DNA of 39,272 bases from an uncultured Candidatus Sumerlaeota bacterium (GTDB lineage: Bacteria; CAYMEV01), in NCBI GenBank assembly GCA_964389675.1, contig CAYMEV010000028.1, positions 1-39,272 of the forward strand, in the 5' to 3' direction. Positions 9,104 to 19,409 of this stretch are shown here, in pieces; position 1 is the stretch's first letter; every line of letters begins with the position of its first letter. The notes beneath the pieces were generated by a model. That model searched no databases, was not told the DNA's origin, and saw nothing but the letters and a program-made list of their open reading frames with translations. A program made the position numbers and the translations under genes.

Positions 9104-9152
9104 GAAGATAGTGAATAAAATTTTGGAATAAGTATATATTGTATGAAGGAAA

Positions 9153-10064
9153 ATGATGAATAAAGCTTTAAGGATTATAACTGTGTTTATTATCATGGCT
9201 TTTTTGATTTCATGCGAAAAGCATCATGAGGACCTTGATCTTTCAATGTATCAGTACCGGGATACCATAAACCTGGTAAGGTTTGTATATAAAGCAAAGC
9301 TTCTGCTGGAGAAGAAGGGTCCTGAAGCTATTGAGCACTTCAGGAACAACCGTGATATATACAGAACATCTGATTATTATATATATATCTATGATATGGA
9401 GGGGAACTGCCTGTTTAATGCCGGGGTTAATGACCTGGAAGGCAAGAATATTATTGAATATACCGACAGGAAGGGCAAAAAGGTGCTTAAAATGATACTG
9501 AAGGCCCTTGAGGAAGAGGACAATCCCCATTCATGGGTTCATTTCTCATGGTTTGAGCTGGGCAAGATATACCCGGTTCCCAAATCCACATGCAATTTCA
9601 GGGTAAAAGATAAAGAAGGAAAGGATTATTTTATCGGCGGGGGTATGAACCATCCCCCGGAAGAAAAGGAGTTTGCCAGGATAATAGTTGATTGTGCAGC
9701 CCGCCTTCTGGAGGAAAAAGGCAGGGAAGCCCTTGATGAGATAGGTGATTCCAAGTCTATATTCAATTACAGGGATGTTTATGTCTTTGTGCTTTTAAGT
9801 ACAGGTGAAACACTTATATCGCCTATTGTTGATGAGACCATACTTGATATACACCTTTTTGATACTGTTGATGAGGTTGGGCATAAGCCTTTTCTGAATG
9901 CAGTTGAGGATCTTGAAGACAAGGATTCTACCTGGCAGGTATTTATGACAAAAAGCAGGTATCAGAGGACACTCAGCAAAAAGGCCCTTTATCTGAGAAA
10001 AGCAGATATGGATGGCCAGCTGGTCTATGTAGGGTCGATCACTGATATGCCGAGCCCCCCTTAA
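9153..10064 (+). CDS. Stand-alone tandem Cache-domain (sCache_2-like x2) lipoprotein
   Basis: Lipobox LISC; two repeats of LLEKKG.EA...Y(I/V)(Y/F)...G......D..G; no transmembrane or output domain. Confidence 0.8.
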   Translation: MMNKALRIITVFIIMAFLISCEKHHEDLDLSMYQYRDTINLVRFVYKAKLLLEKKGPEAIEHFRNNRDIYRTSDYYIYIYDMEGNCLFNAGVNDLEGKNIIEYTDRKGKKVLKMILKALEEEDNPHSWVHFSWFELGKIYPVPKSTCNFRVKDKEGKDYFIGGGMNHPPEEKEFARIIVDCAARLLEEKGREALDEIGDSKSIFNYRDVYVFVLLSTGETLISPIVDETILDIHLFDTVDEVGHKPFLNAVEDLEDKDSTWQVFMTKSRYQRTLSKKALYLRKADMDGQLVYVGSITDMPSPP

Positions 10065-10078
10065 AACAGGAGAATATA

Positions 10079-11410
10079 ATGGCAAAAGAAAAGAGAGTCT
10101 ATGAATACAGGGTGAATGATGTGCCACCTGCAGGGCATTTGATAGTTCTGTCATTCCAGCATGTCATGCTTCTGTTCATATCCATCAGCTTCCCGATTAT
10201 CTTTGCAGGCCAGGTGAATGCTACAACAGAATTTACAAAGAATCTTATTGCATTTTCAATGATAGCATGCGGTATAGGTTCCATCATTCAATCAGTAGGA
10301 CTGCCTTTTATCGGTTCAAAGTACCTTTGCCCTAATGTAGTAGGCCCGTCTTATTACAGTGTTTCGCTTTCTGCAATGTGGGCGGGGGGTATGCCGCTTA
10401 TGAAAGGGATGATCATTATTGCCGGCCTGGTGGAGATGTTTCTTGCGCCTGTTGTTGAGAAGCTCAAAAAGGTATTTCCGACCCATATAATAGGTATGGT
10501 AGTAGCTCTTGTGGGTGTAAGCATCATCAGGTCTTCTGTTGTATCATTCTTTGGTGTTTCATTTAAGGGGGATGCAATCAGGATGGCTGATATTCTGATA
10601 GGGACAGTAGCTCTGTTTATCATGGTTCTTGCAAATATATGGGGCAGGGGCATCATAAAGATGTACTGCCTTTTGATCGGGATTCTAGCGGGGTGGGCGT
10701 TTTCCATGGCAGTGGTCCCTGAATACTGGCATAACCTTTCTATTATAAGGGACCAGCCCCTTTTTCATATGCCTTCAGTAAGCAGTGATTTTCTGAAGTT
10801 TTCATTTGATATAAAATTATTGATCCCTTTCCTCATTATAGGTATCAGCGGGTCGCTGAAATCATTCGGCAACCTGCTCATAGCCCAGAAGGTCTCTGAG
10901 CCTGAGTTAAAGACAGAAGATTACAGGCCAATAAGAAAAGGGCTGATGGCTGACGGGATATCAACTGTTTTTGCTGGGTTGATAGGTGGCATGGCAGTCG
11001 ATACTTCATCTTCCAATATAGGCCTTGCCGGTGCTACAAAGGTCGTAAGCAGGTGGTTGAGTGTAGTTGCTGGCATTATCTTCATCTTTCTTGCATTTTT
11101 CCCCAAGTTCATAATAATAATATCGCAGATACCGAGGCCTGTACTGGGTTCAGCACTTATATTCGCCGGCAGTTTTATGATATGTGCCGGATTTCAGGAG
11201 ATGTTCAGCGCAGGCTGGGACGGCAAAAAGACCTTTGTCATAGGAATCTCACTCTTTTTTGGGATGAGTACTTCCATACTGCCTGAGATCTATGCCAGGA
11301 CACCTGAAGTAATGCAGTCATTCTTCACTGATCCTCTTCCTACCTCCACAATAATAGCAGTTGTCCTGAATCAGATATTCAACCTTGATCAGCTTTTTAA
11401 GAAAGCCTGA
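10079..11410 (+). CDS. NCS2/NAT (xanthine/uracil permease family) transporter
   Basis: TM1 QH; GLMADG; SNIGLAGATK NAT-like motif; IPRPVLG. Confidence 0.9.
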   Translation: MAKEKRVYEYRVNDVPPAGHLIVLSFQHVMLLFISISFPIIFAGQVNATTEFTKNLIAFSMIACGIGSIIQSVGLPFIGSKYLCPNVVGPSYYSVSLSAMWAGGMPLMKGMIIIAGLVEMFLAPVVEKLKKVFPTHIIGMVVALVGVSIIRSSVVSFFGVSFKGDAIRMADILIGTVALFIMVLANIWGRGIIKMYCLLIGILAGWAFSMAVVPEYWHNLSIIRDQPLFHMPSVSSDFLKFSFDIKLLIPFLIIGISGSLKSFGNLLIAQKVSEPELKTEDYRPIRKGLMADGISTVFAGLIGGMAVDTSSSNIGLAGATKVVSRWLSVVAGIIFIFLAFFPKFIIIISQIPRPVLGSALIFAGSFMICAGFQEMFSAGWDGKKTFVIGISLFFGMSTSILPEIYARTPEVMQSFFTDPLPTSTIIAVVLNQIFNLDQLFKKA

Positions 11411-11454
11411 TGCAGGGCAATATCAAATGGCCATATGCATTATTCCTTCTTCAG

Positions 11455-11478
11455 AAATTATCCATTAGGGGATAATTT
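11455..11478 (+). terminator. Possible terminator hairpin
   Basis: AAATTATCC-6 nt-GGATAATTT inverted repeat downstream of the permease. Confidence 0.35.
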
Positions 11479-11596
11479 TATTGGTAAGTATATATTGCCT
11501 TATATCTTAAGAATAAATGAAGAAAATTATTTGATTAAATACTGATTAAGTAATAATCTTAATATGATCATAATTGAATAAGGGAGGGATTATATA

Positions 11597-12406
11597 ATGC
11601 ATGATTTAATCATTGAAAAAGCCAAGGAATTGTTGGCATTGTACGGTCTTAAGATCATAGCAGCAATTGCCATACTTATACTGGGTATTATGGCAGCAAA
11701 GATAATTAAAGCTATTCTTAAAAAGATACTTAAAAGGGCCAAAGTTGATATTACACTTGTTTCTTTTGTATCAAGCCTGGCTTATGCTACGATAGTGGTT
11801 TTTGTAGCTATCGCTGCACTGGGGCAGCTTGGTGTGCAGACTGCTTCCTTTGTCGCCATAATAGGTGCGGCAGGCCTGGCAATTGGCCTTGCTCTTCAGG
11901 GATCTCTGGCAAATTTTGCTGCAGGGGTCCTTATGATAATATTCAAGCCCTTCAAGGTCGGTGATTATATTGAAGGAGGCGGCAAATCAGGTTCGGTAGC
12001 TGAGATCAGCATATTTACCACAATACTTAAGACTCCGGACAATAAAAAGATTATAGTACCCAATTCAAAGATCATATCCGATAATATTACAAACTATACC
12101 TCTGAGGACAGGAGGAGGGTTGATCTTGTTGCATGCGTCAGCTACAGTGACGATATTGACAAGGTAAAAAAGGTACTGGAAGAGATAATAGCGGGTGACA
12201 GCAGGATATTAAAAGAACCGGCCCCGATGATAGTACTTTCTGAAATGGCTGACAGCAGTGTTAATTTTGCAGTCCGCCCGTGGGTTAATACAGCTGATTA
12301 CTGGGATGTTTACTTTTATCTGAATGAAACAATAAAAAAGAGGTTTGACCAGGAGGGGATCAGTATTCCATTTCCTCAGCAGGATGTGCATATTATCAAA
12401 CAGTGA
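11597..12406 (+). CDS. mscS: Small-conductance mechanosensitive channel
   Basis: GAAGLAIGLALQGSLANFAAG, KPFKVGDYI, GISIPFPQQDVH. Confidence 0.95.
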   Translation: MHDLIIEKAKELLALYGLKIIAAIAILILGIMAAKIIKAILKKILKRAKVDITLVSFVSSLAYATIVVFVAIAALGQLGVQTASFVAIIGAAGLAIGLALQGSLANFAAGVLMIIFKPFKVGDYIEGGGKSGSVAEISIFTTILKTPDNKKIIVPNSKIISDNITNYTSEDRRRVDLVACVSYSDDIDKVKKVLEEIIAGDSRILKEPAPMIVLSEMADSSVNFAVRPWVNTADYWDVYFYLNETIKKRFDQEGISIPFPQQDVHIIKQ

Positions 12407-12453
12407 TATTATAAATCACCGATGCTGAAATTACAGGTCGAAAGGAGTATTTT

Positions 12454-13833
12454 ATGGTACAGGAGCTGTATAAGGTCATATTTACAGGCCTGAAAGAAGG
12501 AAAGACATATTCTGAATTTGCAAAGGAGCTGTCTGAATTATTAATTACAAAGCCTGAGAATATCGAAGGATTGACAGCGAATCCGCCTGTAGTTGTAAAG
12601 GATAATATAGATCTTAAAACTGCAGTAAGGTATAAACAGCTAATAGATTCAAGCGGGGGATTATGCGAGGTTGAGCCTTCAGGAACAGCTGAGAATATTG
12701 AATCAGATGAAAATGACGCAAAGGTATTGCGAACATGCCCTAATTGCGGTTATTCAGCTGTATCTGCAGATGATCCGCTTATTACAGCTTTCCAGGGAAA
12801 AGGCGAATGTCCAAAATGCGGAGCGATCCAGGCCAAACAGCAGAAAACAGCCGTTCATGAGGAGAAGGAGACTGAAAACAAGGAAAAGATTAATACTGTG
12901 ATTGATTCAGACCAAAATTCAGGGAAATCTTTTCCAAAACCGCTCATTGTATTGCTTTTAATTGCTTTTTTTATTCTCATTATACATTTCTTACTCCCGG
13001 GATCTAAACCGGAGGAAAAGATAAAGCCGAAGGTAAAACCTCCGGAAGCCGGGCTTATTTCCAGAAAAGATAAAACTCCTGAAACTAATGCAAATATCAT
13101 TCTTCCCGGGCAGACCAGATCAGCCAGGATCTCGGCGTATCTGCCCTATTTCCATAAGAGCTCATATTTCTCAATTGACATGGAGGCTAAATTCTTCAAG
13201 GAAAATACCTGGGAAGAAAAAGGGATGCAGTTTGATATACATGATTACAGTATCAGACAGGAGACTATAAACCTTCCTGAGAGAGAAAGAAAGTCCAGGT
13301 CGGGTTCCTTCTGGGTACCTGACGTTCCTTACGGGGAGGGATATTCAATAAACAGCAGTACCAGCGCATTTGAAGAGGGAAAAGATCTCTATTTCAGCCA
13401 TTTTCCTGTAAAGCTGGCAAAAATGAAGGATTCTGAACTAAAAAAACCTTCTGATGATTTCTCAACCCAGATCAATCAGTATACATTCTATATTATTGAT
13501 ATAGACCTCAGCATAAGTGTCCCTGATACGGATGAGTTTAAGAAAACAGTACCTGAACCGGACGGATTCGAGGGTAATGTTCAGCGAAGATTCAGCGACG
13601 GAGCCTTTTGCATAGAGATCATGTGCAGTATGGATATCGACTCAAATCTTGAATCTATGCTGGGAGGGCTTACTTTTGATAACAGCGGTTACAGGCCTAC
13701 CAAATTTACCTCACTGAAAAACCGAAAGGCCTGCATAGACCTTAGGTTCAAGGACAAGAAGGATGGAGTATATATCTACCAGAGGAGCATTGATAACTGG
13801 CCTGAAGTATATTGCGAGTTCTCTTTAAAATAA
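12454..13833 (+). CDS. Bitopic membrane protein with zinc ribbon, function unknown
   Basis: CPNC..CPKC, one TM segment (PLIVLLLIAFFILII), large C-terminal domain; RBS AAGGAG. Confidence 0.7.
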   Translation: MVQELYKVIFTGLKEGKTYSEFAKELSELLITKPENIEGLTANPPVVVKDNIDLKTAVRYKQLIDSSGGLCEVEPSGTAENIESDENDAKVLRTCPNCGYSAVSADDPLITAFQGKGECPKCGAIQAKQQKTAVHEEKETENKEKINTVIDSDQNSGKSFPKPLIVLLLIAFFILIIHFLLPGSKPEEKIKPKVKPPEAGLISRKDKTPETNANIILPGQTRSARISAYLPYFHKSSYFSIDMEAKFFKENTWEEKGMQFDIHDYSIRQETINLPERERKSRSGSFWVPDVPYGEGYSINSSTSAFEEGKDLYFSHFPVKLAKMKDSELKKPSDDFSTQINQYTFYIIDIDLSISVPDTDEFKKTVPEPDGFEGNVQRRFSDGAFCIEIMCSMDIDSNLESMLGGLTFDNSGYRPTKFTSLKNRKACIDLRFKDKKDGVYIYQRSIDNWPEVYCEFSLK

Positions 13834-13874
13834 TTTCAACTGCAGTCTGGTTTTGATTATGAAGGAGAAAAAAT

Positions 13875-15614
13875 ATGGATAAACTAAATAATTATGAGAA
13901 ATATATCAAAGAATCCATGGATTCCTGGCATTGCCCGGGAGTTGGAATAGCGGTAATTAAGGGAGATGCAGAGATATTTAAGAAGACATTCGGCTGGCGT
14001 GATGTTGAAGAAAAGCTTCCTGTCACTGAAGATACACGATTTGCCATGGCATCAGTCACCAAATCATTTACAGCAATGTGTATTGCACTGCTTGCAGATG
14101 AAGGGAAGATCGACTGGGATAAGCCGGTAAGGGAATATATGCCTGAGTTCATCCTGGCGGAGCCATATGTTACTCAGAATATAACCGTAAGGGATATGCT
14201 CAGCCACCGTACAGGCCTGCCCCGGCATGATTTTTCCGCATGGAGGCTTGATATTTCGAGGGCAGAATTCATAAAGCGCATGAAACATTTTAAGTTCAGT
14301 GCCACTTTCAGGGAAAAATTCCAGTACAACAACCTGATGTACTATGCAGCAGCCTATCTTGTTGAAAAGGTTTCCGGGCAAAAATGGGAAGATTTTGTAA
14401 CAGAAAGGATCTTTATTCCCCTTGGGATGAAATCATCAAGTCTGTGCCCTGAAACTCCGGGCAAAGAGCAGGTCAATGCAAAAGGCTACCGTGTGGAGAG
14501 GGCTGATGATGGTTCTTTTAAGCACCTGGTAAATATGCCCTTAGGGAAGCATACAGAGCTTTCCCCCGGAGCGGCCGGAGCGCTTTTTTCAACTCTTGCA
14601 GACCTTACACGATGGCTGAAGGTGCATATAAATGATGGCTGCCTCGGAGACAGGCAGTTTATATCCGGTAATAACCTGAAACAGATGCATATACCACATA
14701 TGGTAATTCCAGGGGGCGGTTTCAGCGAAAAGCTTACCGGCAATACGATCTTTACCTATGGAATGGGCTGGTTTATCGAGCCTTACAGGGGATATACCGT
14801 TATCCAGCACGGGGGAAATGTTGAAGGGCACAGCCTTGTCATAGGCTTTATCCCGCAGGAGAGACTCGGGATTATTGCCCTGACAAACATTGCAATGCTA
14901 CCCTTGAGGGATGTCCTGCTTTATGAGAGCATTGACCGGGTATTAGGCCTTAAGGGAAGAGACTGGAACCGGAAATACCATGAGATGTTTGACCCGATAA
15001 TCAGGGCAGAATCAAAAAGCAGGGAGACATCTGCTGATGAAAAGATAAAAAAAGCCCCTATGACACATTCTCTTGATTCCTATACAGGGGCATATTCTGC
15101 TGAAGGCTATCCAGATTTTGCCGTCAGAGAGGAGAATGGAAAACTATTGGCATGCAGTGTCGGGAGCACTGAATGGTCCGATCTCTGCCATTATCACTAC
15201 AATGTATTTGAGTGGTATATAGCTGATTTTGACTTCTGGGCCAAGATAAGGTTTCTGATAAATGATAACGGGGAGGTTGATTCTGTATCCATGCCTTTAG
15301 AGCCTTCAGTTGACAATATTATCTATAAGCGGAAGCCTCCGGAAATGCTGGAGGATATCGTTAATGCTGTAACAGGTGATTATGATTCCCCCATTAAAGG
15401 TATTATCTACAGTATCAAAAAAAGGGAAGGAAAGCTGTACTTTTCAGAAACAGGGCTTTCCCCCAGGGAGATAAAGCCGTATAAGATCAGCAGGAATACT
15501 GCTGTTTTCAGAAAAGGGCGTGACAGGCTGGAGTTTTTAATAAAGGGTAAAATGGCAGTATCCCTTATAATAAAGGGGCCTTTTATGACAATGGAAGCAC
15601 CCAGAAAAAGCTGA
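13875..15614 (+). CDS. AmpC/beta-lactamase-family serine hydrolase with DUF3471-like C-terminus
   Basis: SVTK (SxxK), YNN (YxN), HGG, LSHRTG. Confidence 0.92.
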   Translation: MDKLNNYEKYIKESMDSWHCPGVGIAVIKGDAEIFKKTFGWRDVEEKLPVTEDTRFAMASVTKSFTAMCIALLADEGKIDWDKPVREYMPEFILAEPYVTQNITVRDMLSHRTGLPRHDFSAWRLDISRAEFIKRMKHFKFSATFREKFQYNNLMYYAAAYLVEKVSGQKWEDFVTERIFIPLGMKSSSLCPETPGKEQVNAKGYRVERADDGSFKHLVNMPLGKHTELSPGAAGALFSTLADLTRWLKVHINDGCLGDRQFISGNNLKQMHIPHMVIPGGGFSEKLTGNTIFTYGMGWFIEPYRGYTVIQHGGNVEGHSLVIGFIPQERLGIIALTNIAMLPLRDVLLYESIDRVLGLKGRDWNRKYHEMFDPIIRAESKSRETSADEKIKKAPMTHSLDSYTGAYSAEGYPDFAVREENGKLLACSVGSTEWSDLCHYHYNVFEWYIADFDFWAKIRFLINDNGEVDSVSMPLEPSVDNIIYKRKPPEMLEDIVNAVTGDYDSPIKGIIYSIKKREGKLYFSETGLSPREIKPYKISRNTAVFRKGRDRLEFLIKGKMAVSLIIKGPFMTMEAPRKS

Positions 15615-15615
15615 A

Positions 15616-17253
15616 TCAGGAAATTTCAGCATTCAGCTCCTCTATTATCAGATCATTTATACTGCTTTTCTGAATGGTTACCAGGACACCATTTTCATCA
15701 GGGACAATGTAGCTTGAAAGATCTTCTGGAATCCTGAATGAGGTATTCATAAGAAGAAGCGACATTGGAGTATTTACAATATAATCAATATTTTTATCAT
15801 TAAGGAATCTGATATATTTATCCATCTCTTTTTTGTAAAATGACCTGACCTTTTCATGATACTGCACATCTGATAATACCGATACAGCCTTCATCTCTGT
15901 TTTATGATCTATGGGCTTATGGAAGAACCTGTTTATAAGTGCAGACATTTCCTTATTAGAGACAGAATAACTGAGTTTAAGCCCTGGAAGGCCGTAGAAT
16001 TTTGAAAATGTATTTACTGCTATAATAGGCATCTTTATTTCAGTAAATTCATTCATCTGAATATTTTCTTCTGACGGGATAAAATCATTATAGCAGAAAT
16101 CAATTATCACAGGGATATTTCCAGGTATCCTTGTCAGAAAAAGTATAAGGCTTAATCGGTTAAGTGGTGCTACAAGGTATATAAGCCGTGTCATGCTTCC
16201 GATATTCTCTGCCATTTTTTCGTAATCAGGTATGAATCTTTTCTCTGAGATCTTCAGGTTGTCATTTATGACATTTCGCTCATGGGCAATATCCTTCATT
16301 ATATTCCAGGAAGGATCAAAGCTGACAATATCATGGTCCTGCTTTACCATAACATTTATCATGACTTCCAGAAAGTTCAGGATCCCTTTGTGAAGGTTTA
16401 TGTTCTCGGTACCTGTATTATGGAGTTCAGCAAGACATTCATGAAGCTTCATCTGGTATGTATTATATGCTGAAAGCACTTCATCCGGCATATTTTCATT
16501 AGTTACCTTGTTCTGGTTTAAGAATACACGGTTCCCCTGAAAAAATTTGGTGCCTATATCCTTTTTTCCCAGATGCTGATAATTGAGTTCCATATTATGG
16601 CATTCTGCCCTGTTTATTATTCCGGATGATATAAAGCATCTTCCTGTCAATTCATCCCAGTCTCTTTCCATGAAAAAATCAAGGCAGTCATTTAATTCCT
16701 GCATATCGTACTTTTCTGCATTAAAGCTTTTTGTCAGTGATGTATCATAAGTCCTGTCTATCTGAAGTATGGAGAAGGCTATCTCTTCCTTATAATACCT
16801 GTCAGACATTATCTTCATGAATTTTTCAAGGCCTGCCTTTACAACAGAGTATCTGTCAGTAAAATCATTCAGATGCCTGTTGTTTTTTGCCAGCCCGCTG
16901 CTTATGAGGATTATTTTCCCCTTCTTCTTTATAAATGGGGCCAGGCTTTCTATCAGGTTCATCGAGATGGATATCTGATCAATGTAGCAGTTATGGATGA
17001 ACATATCTATCTTACCAAATGAAGATAATCTTTTTCTGATCAGAGCTGCAGAGTTCTTTTTGGCCAGGTCGCATTTTATATGGAAGCAATTGTCCAGATC
17101 TGAGCGCCCGTGTGTAATTACCGTATAATTGCCTTTAAGGTAGCTATAGAATGAGTATCCTATGCCTTTTGTAGAGCCTGTTATGAAAACCGTTTTTTTG
17201 ATAAGCATTACATTATCTTCCTGATCAGGTTTATCCGGGATAACCTTTTTCAT
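15616..17253 (-). CDS. Fusion: SDR oxidoreductase + HisC-like class I/II PLP aminotransferase
   Basis: ITGSTKGIG, ISSG, YSVVK in the N-half; VIIDFCY, NTFSKFYGLPGLKLSY in the C-half; the start may be the later Met (MLIKK). Confidence 0.8.
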   Translation of the reverse strand: MKKVIPDKPDQEDNVMLIKKTVFITGSTKGIGYSFYSYLKGNYTVITHGRSDLDNCFHIKCDLAKKNSAALIRKRLSSFGKIDMFIHNCYIDQISISMNLIESLAPFIKKKGKIILISSGLAKNNRHLNDFTDRYSVVKAGLEKFMKIMSDRYYKEEIAFSILQIDRTYDTSLTKSFNAEKYDMQELNDCLDFFMERDWDELTGRCFISSGIINRAECHNMELNYQHLGKKDIGTKFFQGNRVFLNQNKVTNENMPDEVLSAYNTYQMKLHECLAELHNTGTENINLHKGILNFLEVMINVMVKQDHDIVSFDPSWNIMKDIAHERNVINDNLKISEKRFIPDYEKMAENIGSMTRLIYLVAPLNRLSLILFLTRIPGNIPVIIDFCYNDFIPSEENIQMNEFTEIKMPIIAVNTFSKFYGLPGLKLSYSVSNKEMSALINRFFHKPIDHKTEMKAVSVLSDVQYHEKVRSFYKKEMDKYIRFLNDKNIDYIVNTPMSLLLMNTSFRIPEDLSSYIVPDENGVLVTIQKSSINDLIIEELNAEIS

Positions 17254-17300
17254 TCCTATTATATACTTTATTTATTTTTTTTAAAAAAAATTAAATAAAG

Positions 17301-17339
17301 TGTTGACAATTTCTAACATAATGTTAGAATTATATAACA
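17301..17339 (+). promoter_or_regulatory. sigma70 promoter overlapped by two tandem palindromic operators
   Basis: TTGACA-16 nt-TAGAAT; TGTT(G/A)-N8-TAACA at 17301..17318 and 17322..17339. Confidence 0.75.
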
Positions 17340-17361
17340 TTACAAAAAAAAGGAGATAAAA

Positions 17362-17754
17362 ATGAAAAAGATTATTGCTTCCATTCTCATTCTTGTCATT
17401 GTATTGGCCGGATTATGGCTGTTCAAGGTTTCAGATTATTCTGAAAGCATGGATAATTTTCAAGTCGTGGTAATTCTTCTGCTTGTGATTTTCGGCCTCT
17501 TTGCTGCAATCAGGCGAATTATCAGCTATAATAGAAAAGAGCCGGCTGAAGATGAGTATTCAAGGCTTATCATGCAGAGATCTGCTTCACTGTCATACTT
17601 TGTCTCTCTCTACCTCTGGCTGTTTCTGAGTTATTTCAATGAAAGCATTGCAGATGATACTGAACAGCTTATAGGTTACGGTATAATCTGCATGGCACTG
17701 GTTTTTACTGTGACTTACCTTTATTTCAGGATTAAGGGCGTCAGGAATGAATAA
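17362..17754 (+). CDS. Small membrane protein (DUF2178-like) paired with an XRE regulator
   Basis: Four TM segments with an EDEYS..I...S motif; overlaps the XRE start. Confidence 0.75.
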   Translation: MKKIIASILILVIVLAGLWLFKVSDYSESMDNFQVVVILLLVIFGLFAAIRRIISYNRKEPAEDEYSRLIMQRSASLSYFVSLYLWLFLSYFNESIADDTEQLIGYGIICMALVFTVTYLYFRIKGVRNE

Positions 17755-17938
17755 CAGGATCCGGGAATTCCGGGCAAAATACAGTTTGACCCAGCAGGAG
17801 CTTGCAAATAAAGTAAATGTAAGAAGGGAAACCATAGTATTCCTCGAAAAGAACAGGTATAACCCTTCATTAAAGCTTGCTCACGATCTTGCTTCAGTAT
17901 TTGATGTAGCGATAGAGGAACTGTTTATCTTTGATTAG
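17747..17938 (+). CDS. XRE/Cro-C1 HTH transcriptional regulator
   Basis: [37 protein letters not shown]...IEELF. Confidence 0.95.
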   Translation: MNNRIREFRAKYSLTQQELANKVNVRRETIVFLEKNRYNPSLKLAHDLASVFDVAIEELFIFD

Positions 17939-18017
17939 GCAATGAATATCTTTACAAAACAATGCTTTAGCTTAAAATTGCAGAAATTATAAAAAATAAT
18001 CTGGAAAGGATATATAC

Positions 18018-19409
18018 ATGCTTAACCTGGCTATACTTGCAGCTTATTTCATCGCCATTATAATCATCGGTATCATTACCAGCAGAAGAGTAAAGAACAT
18101 CTCTGATTTTGCAGTTGCAGGAAGGAATTACGGAGCATTGATAATATTTGCAACTCTCTCGGCATCGTTCATAGGCGGAGGATTTTCAACCGGGAATGCT
18201 GAAAAGGTATTTACATACGGAATTGCAAATATAATATTTTTGTTTGGTTTCAGCCTCCAGATCATTCTGGTCTCCCTGTTCATTGCTCCTAAAATGGACA
18301 GGTATAATACCGCAATAACTGCAGGCGACATTATAGGAAAGCACTACGGCAAAATTGCCAAGGTTATCACGGGTGCCCTGTCCGTAATAATCTGCGCAGG
18401 TATCCTCGGGGCCCAGGTTGGGGCCATGGGGTATATATTCAATGTATTTCTCGGCCTCCCCAGGCTATGGGGAATACTGATAGGATGCTCGATAGTAATT
18501 CTATACTCTACTATAGGCGGGATGAAAGCTGTCGTTGCCTCAGATGTGCTTCAGTTTATAATACTTGCTGTCGGGATCCCTTTTGCACTGATTATGGCTG
18601 TTATACATGCGGGTGGTGTGCAGAATGTAATCTCCAATGTTCCTGCATCTCATCTCAGGATCTTTTCTGACAGGTTTACCCTGATTTCCTTTTCCTCCCT
18701 GTTCCTTACCTTTTTTATAGGGGAGACCCTTGTTCCCCCCTATGTCCAGCGCCTTCTGATGAGCCCGGATGCAAAGACCACCGCAAAAGGGACTTTATTC
18801 AGCGGCCTTTTTTCTTTCCCATTTTTTGCCATTACCGGCCTTATTGGACTCGTTGCGCTTGCATTGAACCCTGAGCTGAATCCCAACCTTGCTCTGCCCT
18901 ATATTGTGAAGAACACACTCCCCATTGGTATAGGGGGAGTGGTAATTGCAGCCATGATATCCATTATCATGTCATCAGCGGACTCTTTTTTGAATGCGGC
19001 CTCCGTATCCATAGTAAATGATATTATAGTCCCTTTGAAGAAAAGGGCCATAGATGACATACATCAGCTCAATATTGCCAAGATTGCAAACCTTGCAGTA
19101 GGCTTTTTCGCGGTTGTATTTGCCCTGAAGATTGAAAGCATACTTGATATACTGATATATTCCTATAATTTCTGGGCACCGGTCATACTGATCCCTCTGG
19201 TCTGCGCAATAGTAGGTGTCAGGGTAAGCCCCGGGCATTTTTTTGCCGGCCTTGCAGGAGGGGTAGTTTTCTATATATTATCAGTATTTTATTTTTCTTC
19301 GCATATAGGCCTTGATAATATTATCTGGGGAGTGACAGGGAATATACTGTTCTTTTTTGCCTTTTGCCTATATAAAAAAGTAAAGCCAGGGGGTATTGCC
19401 ATAGAATGA
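18018..19409 (+). CDS. Sodium:solute symporter (SSS) family protein
   Basis: DFAVAGR, YSTIGGMKAVVASDVLQ, IIMSSADS. Confidence 0.93.
   Translation: MLNLAILAAYFIAIIIIGIITSRRVKNISDFAVAGRNYGALIIFATLSASFIGGGFSTGNAEKVFTYGIANIIFLFGFSLQIILVSLFIAPKMDRYNTAITAGDIIGKHYGKIAKVITGALSVIICAGILGAQVGAMGYIFNVFLGLPRLWGILIGCSIVILYSTIGGMKAVVASDVLQFIILAVGIPFALIMAVIHAGGVQNVISNVPASHLRIFSDRFTLISFSSLFLTFFIGETLVPPYVQRLLMSPDAKTTAKGTLFSGLFSFPFFAITGLIGLVALALNPELNPNLALPYIVKNTLPIGIGGVVIAAMISIIMSSADSFLNAASVSIVNDIIVPLKKRAIDDIHQLNIAKIANLAVGFFAVVFALKIESILDILIYSYNFWAPVILIPLVCAIVGVRVSPGHFFAGLAGGVVFYILSVFYFSSHIGLDNIIWGVTGNILFFFAFCLYKKVKPGGIAIE

Noticed and set aside
8611-9152. Replication origin
   Set aside because: No TTATCCACA-type boxes or replication genes seen
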